Below are positions 58,031 to 64,000 of a stretch of 64,000 nucleotides of DNA, piece by piece. Source of the DNA: a virus; IMG/VR virus record IMGVR_UViG_3300023179_000030, positions 1 to 64,000 of that record. One strand, 5' to 3'. The translations under genes and the position numbers were made by a program. A model generated the notes under the pieces. That model was not told the DNA's origin and made no database searches. It saw nothing but the letters and a program-made list of their open reading frames with translations. How positions within the stretch are numbered: position 1 is the first letter of the stretch; each line of letters opens with the position of its first letter.

Positions 58031-59038
58031 TTATTTGTTCACTACGCTCTTAGAGTTTACAGTCACTTTACCTGAAGTGGTTTGCCCTTCTGCGCCGTGG
58101 TTTTTAGAATATTCTTTACCGGCGCTGGACTTGTAACCAGTCTTTCCAGCATCGCCACCTGGACGATTTTGTACTTTACCAATTAGTTCACCGCCTTGCT
58201 TTAATAGACCACTGGGGTTCTTGCTTGGTGTTCCGCTTGGATCTTGATTCGCACCACCTTGATCAAATTTATGAGCTGTTCCGCCCATGTCGTTTTTTCC
58301 AGCAACTACGCTTTTGGTATTTTTTTCACCTTGCTTTTCAGTGCCGTGCCCTGTGCCCACCATGCTACCATTGGGGCTACCCTGATTTCCGGGGAAAGCA
58401 TCACCAATTTTTTCAGCGTATTCACGAATACGTTCGGCTTCGGTCATTTTTTTCTTAGCATCCTTCTTGGGCATTACCTTGACATCTTTCTTCTTAGCTT
58501 CCATAGGCATCATTGACATGTCGTCACCGGCCACTTCATCGTCACCCATGTCATCAGCTACATCACCATCATCGGCAACATCATCGACATCATCGACATC
58601 ATCGGCATCAAACTCATCTTCGCCGTCACCATCTGACATAAGAGCATCAAATTCTGCCTTTAATTCGTCAAGTGCGTCTTCAAGATCCATGACACGATCT
58701 TCTAATTCGCCTTCCTCACCACCGAATTCTTCCTCGCCTTCAAGATCTCCGTCATCGTCGAATTCTTCTTCGCTGTCGTCGAAATCTTCTTCGCTGTCGT
58801 CGAATTCTTCTTCGTCCGAATCAAAATCCTCGTCCTCGCTTACACCCTCTTCGTCGTTGGTTATTTCATCAACCATCGAATCAACTTGATTACCACCGAT
58901 ACCTTCTAAATCTGTTTCATCAATCAATGATTCGTAGATTTGGCGAGAACGTTCAACTACTATAGTATGAAATAATTCACGGGCTTGTTCTTCTTGCTCA
59001 TTAATGATAAATTCAATTAATTTGGAATATTTGTCCAT
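58031..59038 (-). CDS. Acidic prohead core/internal protein
   Basis: Very D/E-rich middle section and a G/K-rich C-terminal half. Located between portal and protease. SD AGGAG. Confidence 0.65.
   Translation of the reverse strand: MDKYSKLIEFIINEQEEQARELFHTIVVERSRQIYESLIDETDLEGIGGNQVDSMVDEITNDEEGVSEDEDFDSDEEEFDDSEEDFDDSEEEFDDDGDLEGEEEFGGEEGELEDRVMDLEDALDELKAEFDALMSDGDGEDEFDADDVDDVDDVADDGDVADDMGDDEVAGDDMSMMPMEAKKKDVKVMPKKDAKKKMTEAERIREYAEKIGDAFPGNQGSPNGSMVGTGHGTEKQGEKNTKSVVAGKNDMGGTAHKFDQGGANQDPSGTPSKNPSGLLKQGGELIGKVQNRPGGDAGKTGYKSSAGKEYSKNHGAEGQTTSGKVTVNSKSVVNK
58755..58817. repeat. 3 x 21-bp tandem repeat in the acidic core gene
   Basis: tcgtcgaa(t/a)tcttcttcgctg units encoding SEEEFDD/SEEDFDD. 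Confidence 0.85.
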
Positions 59039-59069
59039 TGGGGAACTCCTTTAAAATATGCTTATATGT

Positions 59070-59076
59070 TATTTAC
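59070..59076 (-). promoter_or_regulatory. Late promoter box GTAAATA for the core-protease-scaffold-capsid operon
   Basis: 31 nt upstream of ATG 59038. Confidence 0.6.
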
Positions 59077-59131
59077 ATAAAACCGCGTTTTTATGCGTAA
59101 AATGTATGTTTTTTGGGCTTTTTTTCAAAAA

Positions 59132-59359
59132 TTACATGCCTAGACCGCCAGTTTCAGCTGGTGCATGATATTGATCTGCTATTTTTTCTAATTTTTTTTC
59201 ATGTTCCACTGCTCTAACATCATTCATTTTACGAAGCTTGTTAATCCTAGACAAAGTCAGCCTTGTCTTTCTTGTGTCTTTGACTGACAAGGCAGTGTTA
59301 TCATCAAGGTCTGTACGATACCCAGAATCTACATTATTAAATAATTCAGTGATATTCAT
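59132..59359 (-). CDS. Small conserved head-region protein
   Basis: Start moved to ATG 59359 (MNITELF). DTRKTRLTL..INKLRKM.D...E motif. Confidence 0.72.
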   Translation of the reverse strand: MNITELFNNVDSGYRTDLDDNTALSVKDTRKTRLTLSRINKLRKMNDVRAVEHEKKLEKIADQYHAPAETGGLGM

Positions 59360-59364
59360 AGTTG

Positions 59365-59371
59365 TATTTAC
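59365..59371 (-). promoter_or_regulatory. Late promoter box GTAAATA, 5 nt before the ATG (leaderless)
   Basis: Minus strand reads GTAAATA-CAACT-ATG. Confidence 0.6.
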
Positions 59372-59384
59372 CAATTATCAAAAT

Positions 59385-61094
59385 TTATAGCCCCGGTGGG
59401 GGTGCTGGTTGCTCTGCTGTAGCCGCGGCACCCGCTTCAGGTGTTGCCGCCACGGGTGGCCCTTGCACCGCTGGTATATTACCCGCACCTGCACCCATTA
59501 AGTCAGATTCAAGACCACCTGGACTTATACCTACGCTTCTCAATCCAGCAGCTTCAGATGGGGCTTTGGTTGTGTCACCTTGCTCCTCGTTCCACATACG
59601 TTCGTTGTCACTCATTTCTTCCTCAGTCAATCCCAAATAACGACTTAATAAAAATCGCTTGGAAAGATAGGGATAAGCTTCCAATTGAGTAAATGATGAG
59701 ATTCTAGCACCGTCGACTTCTGCTTGACGATAGCTTGCAAAGTTTTGTGGTTCATTGAATTGCAAATCGAATAATCCGCCATCAATATTAATACCACGCC
59801 AACGCATGAAAAGCTTAAATTCTTGATCTAACTTTTCAACTATCATTCGCTGCAATCGAATACAATATTGGTTGAAGCGCCATTCCTGTATTAATGCTGT
59901 TCCGACTCTTCCATCACTAAAAGTATTACCATTGGTGGTGCCATCGTCCAACCCAGTGGGTAAATAGCTTGCTGGTATACGTAATCCTCTAAATAATTTA
60001 TTAGTGAAAAAATGAAGATCTGTTATTTCGCCTAAATTTTGCCCTCCCGGCAATGGTTCAACAGATGAACCACGACCATCAGCAGTAACTGGAAAGAAAA
60101 AATCCTCATTGGTAGATAACGGATTGTATGTTGCATCCATCATATTTTGTCCACCACCTGTTTGTGTGGGTATACGCCTTTGATGTACTTCATTTTTGAT
60201 ACGTTCTACAAAGGCCATGGCCATATGGCTAGGCATATTACCCACATCTATTTTAAATACTCTACGCTCAGGTGCACGTTGTACACGATATATTATGATC
60301 GCATCCTCAAGTAATTCCTTTTGTTTGAATACTTTGAACACATTTTCTAAGACACTATTCCCAAAAGGCCAGCTAAAATCCAGGCCCTCAGTTAATGTTA
60401 AATGAACTATATGCTCTGCATTTATTGCAGTTTCGTTTTGTGCTTTACTAAATCTACTACCCCCGCTATAGGGAGTTTTAGGTTGTATATAAGCGCCACC
60501 CGCACCACCAACTTGCGGATGATTGACACTGGTGTCGCTGGCATTGAGCTGTGTGGCTGTTAAATTTTCAAAATTCGGCGCTAGATCTTTAAGAACATAT
60601 TGCTCTGGCTTTTTACCTTCAGATTCATTGACTATTACTTTTGTAATCTTACCCATTTCTACCCAAAACAACTTAAATGTCTCCGGGTCTCTGATGAATA
60701 TTTGATCACCATACTTGATGGTATTACGAAACATTTTGAAGACACGTTTGTTTAACTCATTGAGACTGACCCATTGTATTAATTGCTCTCGAATAATTTT
60801 AATTTCGTTGTCGGTGGGTTTTTCCTTCCAAACAAATTTAAATGCAGTTCCGTTTTCTTCACTGGGCTGTGTACAAAATTCAGCTAATATATCCAGGGCC
60901 GCATTGACCTCAGAGTCCATGTCCATTTGTTCGTATTGGTTATATCGTTCTAATCTATTGGGATGACCCACATAAACGTCTGGCAAATTGCTTTGATAAT
61001 TTTTATATCCAAATTGTGCCTGCTGTACACCGCCGTTGATGGGACTTATTGATCCCGAAACATTAGCAGTCCTAAAATATTTTTTCCAGCTCAA
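59385..61094 (-). CDS. gp20: Portal protein
   Basis: TTG start with SD GAGGTG. LLEDAIIIYRVQRAPERRVFKIDVGNMP, EDFFFP, LPGGQNLGEI.D and LRIP.S.L. Confidence 0.96.
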   Translation of the reverse strand: MSWKKYFRTANVSGSISPINGGVQQAQFGYKNYQSNLPDVYVGHPNRLERYNQYEQMDMDSEVNAALDILAEFCTQPSEENGTAFKFVWKEKPTDNEIKIIREQLIQWVSLNELNKRVFKMFRNTIKYGDQIFIRDPETFKLFWVEMGKITKVIVNESEGKKPEQYVLKDLAPNFENLTATQLNASDTSVNHPQVGGAGGAYIQPKTPYSGGSRFSKAQNETAINAEHIVHLTLTEGLDFSWPFGNSVLENVFKVFKQKELLEDAIIIYRVQRAPERRVFKIDVGNMPSHMAMAFVERIKNEVHQRRIPTQTGGGQNMMDATYNPLSTNEDFFFPVTADGRGSSVEPLPGGQNLGEITDLHFFTNKLFRGLRIPASYLPTGLDDGTTNGNTFSDGRVGTALIQEWRFNQYCIRLQRMIVEKLDQEFKLFMRWRGINIDGGLFDLQFNEPQNFASYRQAEVDGARISSFTQLEAYPYLSKRFLLSRYLGLTEEEMSDNERMWNEEQGDTTKAPSEAAGLRSVGISPGGLESDLMGAGAGNIPAVQGPPVAATPEAGAAATAEQPAPPPGL

Positions 61095-61128
61095 AATTAC
61101 ACCTCTTAATAGTTTTCTAACAACCGTA

Positions 61129-61135
61129 TATTTAG
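61129..61135 (-). promoter_or_regulatory. Late promoter box CTAAATA for the portal gene
   Basis: 34 nt upstream of the portal start. Confidence 0.65.
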
Positions 61136-61142
61136 TTCAAAT

Positions 61143-62891
61143 TCAGTTATATTTCTGATATACCCACAATGTTTGCCCACAATCCCAGATACGATCATAT
61201 CCTCGTTGCTGCATTATTTGCCACTCGGTTAATGATTTATCTGCCCCATCAGCCACTAATTTATGTTTTTGATATTGCAACCTAGAAAATCTATTTTTAT
61301 AATCGGTATAGAAATAACCTGGGGTGATTGACTTTTTTTCAAAACCTAACTTTTGATAAACCACACCTGTTCCCCAACGATTATCGCTATAGCTTAGAAC
61401 AGATTCCGGATTATGTCTTTTTAAAAATTCATTGAATAGTTTACCCGCAGCACCTGGTATATTCAAAGATGAACAAAATCTAATAATTTCCCATTGATAT
61501 TGTTTATTATATCTGGTCCGGGCAAATGTCATAACTGACACTAATTCGTCGTTGTAAGTCAGACCCAGTGAGATGTCGGCAGTGGCTGAACCTTGTAAAT
61601 GGTTTTCAGTTAAAAAATTATGTCTTTGATCTGTACTGCATTCAATTATTTTGCACTTTCTAGCAAACACAGTATTAGCCGTCAAGCCTAGGGCATTTTT
61701 TATTCTAAGTAGTACCGCAGCTTTTTTATATATCCACTCATCTTCGAATATAGTAAGTAATTTAACGCCAGCTTGCTGGCAGCTTAGAAATTTATTAAAG
61801 TGATAATTTCTATCTCGACCTGATGAAGCTTCTGAATGCCAGTATAACCCATTACACTCAATGGCTATTTTTTTGCTGGGAATGTATATATCAAGTTCTA
61901 GTGGTGCTATTAGGGTTCTGTCATTTCTTAAAATATTGTAGTCTGAACCCAACATGTTGGCTAAAGTTTCATATATCTCTGTTTCCAATTTGCTATACCA
62001 GGGAACTTCAAATAGTGTTGAAGCTTGATACTTTTTTGCATATAGATACAATGTATGTGCAGCTATTTGCAATTGTTCCTGCACTTGAGCTCTAGTCTTT
62101 TTATCAATAAAATTTAAAAACTGTTGACGATCACCAAGTATATTCAAGGTAGTTTGGCTTAGGGGTATTTTACTGGCCGCATCAACTCCATATCTATGTA
62201 ATAAAGTTAATTTTCTAAAGTTATTACTTTGTTCAATTTCCACTTTACTTTTATTCGCCAATGTAGTTTTCATTTTGGCAACTATGTTGGCATTTTTTAA
62301 TGGACTAGTAGTTTGATATCTCAATATGTTGGTTTGTTTTATCTTTTCAACTTGTGATTTATTTTGCATGTGGTGCTCTACACCATATTTTTGAATATAA
62401 GTTTGCTTGGTTTTTTCTGCTATACTATTAAGTCGTGATTCAGAAAATTCGGCTCGTGTTTTTTTAATTTTATCTGAAACAGTTGTTGATTGACTGGGCC
62501 AATCAACACCGAATTTTTTTTGATTAGTAGATTTTCGTCGTTGTTCTATATTTGGTATCATTGATACCGCGGTAACCCCATATCGTTGTTTTAGTGTTTC
62601 AGTTTGTTTATTGAGTCTAATAGTTTTAATGCACTGACATTTATTACCCAATACACATCCTGCTCTATAACCAAGATCAAATGTGTTAAACTGACGTTTA
62701 TTTCCAAATTCACAATAAGGAGGTGGACCATTTAAAATGATATACACACGTTCCATGATATTTTTAACTTCGACGTCAGTATATTGTGCATTGACCCAGG
62801 CTAATATTTCAGTATTACGCGATAACCAAGCAGGTAATGTGCTAGATTTGTGAGATGATAACCAAGATTGAATTTGTTCAATATGATGCAT
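61143..62891 (-). CDS. Second free-standing homing-endonuclease-like protein (K-Y/F-GV repeats, Vsr-type nuclease, GNAT/Mom-like domain)
   Basis: Probable start ATG 62891. About 5 TN..K(Y/F)GV-type repeats, SKLE, ELDIYIPSKKIAIECNGLYWH, IFEDEW, WEIIRFCS, SYSDNRWGTG.VY.KLGF and RIWDCG. Confidence 0.78.
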   Translation of the reverse strand: MHHIEQIQSWLSSHKSSTLPAWLSRNTEILAWVNAQYTDVEVKNIMERVYIILNGPPPYCEFGNKRQFNTFDLGYRAGCVLGNKCQCIKTIRLNKQTETLKQRYGVTAVSMIPNIEQRRKSTNQKKFGVDWPSQSTTVSDKIKKTRAEFSESRLNSIAEKTKQTYIQKYGVEHHMQNKSQVEKIKQTNILRYQTTSPLKNANIVAKMKTTLANKSKVEIEQSNNFRKLTLLHRYGVDAASKIPLSQTTLNILGDRQQFLNFIDKKTRAQVQEQLQIAAHTLYLYAKKYQASTLFEVPWYSKLETEIYETLANMLGSDYNILRNDRTLIAPLELDIYIPSKKIAIECNGLYWHSEASSGRDRNYHFNKFLSCQQAGVKLLTIFEDEWIYKKAAVLLRIKNALGLTANTVFARKCKIIECSTDQRHNFLTENHLQGSATADISLGLTYNDELVSVMTFARTRYNKQYQWEIIRFCSSLNIPGAAGKLFNEFLKRHNPESVLSYSDNRWGTGVVYQKLGFEKKSITPGYFYTDYKNRFSRLQYQKHKLVADGADKSLTEWQIMQQRGYDRIWDCGQTLWVYQKYN

Positions 62892-62895
62892 TATA

Positions 62896-62902
62896 TATTT
62901 AG
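62896..62902 (-). promoter_or_regulatory. Late promoter box CTAAATA, 4 nt before the ATG (leaderless)
   Basis: Minus strand reads CTAAATA-TATA-ATG. Confidence 0.6.
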
Positions 62903-62922
62903 CATTCACCTCGGAGTAGTAA

Positions 62923-64000
62923 TTAATATGCCGCGTTTAGAATACGTTGCTGGATATTTCTCGTATCTCTCATTTCTTCCAACAGTTCTCTAGTCAATTC
63001 ATTTTGTGATTGCATTTCTCTCAGCATTGGGCTGAAATCTATGTTCATGGGGATTCCGCCACCTTTAAGTGGTATAACTGCCTCTGGTCCAGATTCACCT
63101 ACAATGCTGGGTGTATTAGCGATGCCGCCCTGAGCTCGAGCTGGTAATCCATTAAGCTGTTTTCTAAGTTCATCAATTTCAGTCTGAAGTTTTTGTATAT
63201 ATTCCCTATTATCTTGAAATGCTGGATTAATATTCTGTACACTGCGTTCTTTGATCCCTATCAATGTGGAAATTTGTTCTGCTGTCAAAGATTTTTCAGC
63301 ATTTTTCTTATTATCATATTGTTTTTGTTCTTCGGGTGTGGGTCCAGGTCCTGATAAGTCATTTTCTCCAGTAACCGAGAACCCCGGGGCGGACTGCCCA
63401 TTGGTTGAATTATCCTCTTTAATACCTAATTTTTTAATTATTGCGGCTAAATCCCCCCTTATGATATCCCCCAGTATGTCCAATGATTCTGCAAACTTTT
63501 CTGCTGATTTGTAACCCAGTGTCAATGCTTCATTAACAAATTTTAAATTTTTAATTGTTAACCCTTCCATTTGAATTTTAAAGTTTTCCAGTCCCATCAC
63601 AGCTTGGTCTACTATACCCACCACTGATTTTTGAGCTTTTTCTGCTGCTTCGGTAGTGCTTTTGGATGCTTGAAGTTGTGCATCCACCATATTTGACTGT
63701 GCCGAATATGACCGTGTTACTGCTACTGTGGTGTCATTAATCATTTTTAATAGGTCTGGACCGTAACCCGCAGCAAAAATTTGATTTAGATCCTTATACT
63801 GTGCAGCAGCAACCTTAATTAATTCGGTATTGTCTTGAATAATTTTTGCCTGTTGCTCTTTGGATCTAGTAGTATCTTGATTGGTTGTAGACAACAGTTG
63901 TGTCACTACATTTGATATCTCAGGCATCATAGCTTGAAATTGTAACCCACCCTTGCTTATAACATTGCCGCCCTGGGCCACCATTTCCATGGCAAGTTTA
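62923..64000 (-). CDS. C-terminal part of a tape-measure/baseplate-hub-like protein (5' partial)
   Basis: The frame is open to the window edge. Helical A/Q-rich sequence ending in ARAQGGIA.TP..VGESGPEAVIPL and a terminal coiled coil. Confidence 0.6.
   Translation of the reverse strand, partial: KLAMEMVAQGGNVISKGGLQFQAMMPEISNVVTQLLSTTNQDTTRSKEQQAKIIQDNTELIKVAAAQYKDLNQIFAAGYGPDLLKMINDTTVAVTRSYSAQSNMVDAQLQASKSTTEAAEKAQKSVVGIVDQAVMGLENFKIQMEGLTIKNLKFVNEALTLGYKSAEKFAESLDILGDIIRGDLAAIIKKLGIKEDNSTNGQSAPGFSVTGENDLSGPGPTPEEQKQYDNKKNAEKSLTAEQISTLIGIKERSVQNINPAFQDNREYIQKLQTEIDELRKQLNGLPARAQGGIANTPSIVGESGPEAVIPLKGGGIPMNIDFSPMLREMQSQNELTRELLEEMRDTRNIQQRILNAAY

Noticed and set aside
55061-61094. Introns or inteins in portal, protease or capsid genes, given the neighbouring endonucleases
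   Set aside because: The ORFs are continuous and of normal length, and no intein terminal motifs were seen. The nucleases are free-standing.
1-64000. Stop-codon recoding (code 15 or 4), as seen in some large phages
   Set aside because: Core genes are full length in the standard code. TAG (gp13, 44317, 53435) and TGA (gp4, 61143) end genes at sensible positions.
1-64000. tRNA or rRNA genes
   Set aside because: Intergenic gaps are short, and none showed a cloverleaf or T-loop GTTCGA pattern by eye. tRNAscan-SE would confirm.

Overview
This 64 kb window is the virion morphogenesis region of a large, AT-rich T4-like myovirus read in the standard bacterial code. Most genes are on the minus strand. 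From right to left it holds: a partial tape-measure/hub-like gene; the head cassette (portal gp20, acidic core protein, protease gp21, scaffold gp22, major capsid gp23) bracketed by two paralogous free-standing endonucleases that each carry a C-terminal GNAT/Mom-like domain; small virion proteins; three collagen-like (Gly-X-Y) fibre genes, two of which add Cys-rich 17-aa beta-solenoid repeats and an S74 autochaperone; and a 16 kb cluster of 21 mostly glycan/protein-modifying genes. That cluster has GT4, GT-A, GT9-, GT10- and GT23-like glycosyltransferases, Gmd, a short DegT aminotransferase, an acetyltransferase, a cupin, WcbI, two sulfotransferases, a carbamoyltransferase, two methyltransferases, a papain-like protease and three 2OG-Fe(II) oxygenases. 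Further left are a split neck module (gp13 versus gp14/gp15), dNMP kinase, sheath, tube, gp4 and a possible small terminase. The best candidate for an undescribed system is phage-encoded decoration of the collagen/beta-solenoid fibres with glycan, sulfate, carbamoyl, methyl, acetyl and hydroxyl groups. The regulatory layer is readable from the sequence: about 19 NTAA(A/G)TA late-promoter boxes, several apparently leaderless genes, a perfect sigma70 promoter, an RBS-occluding hairpin with the late promoter in its loop, and a structured 5' leader. All product calls come from motif recognition by eye; no database searches were run.
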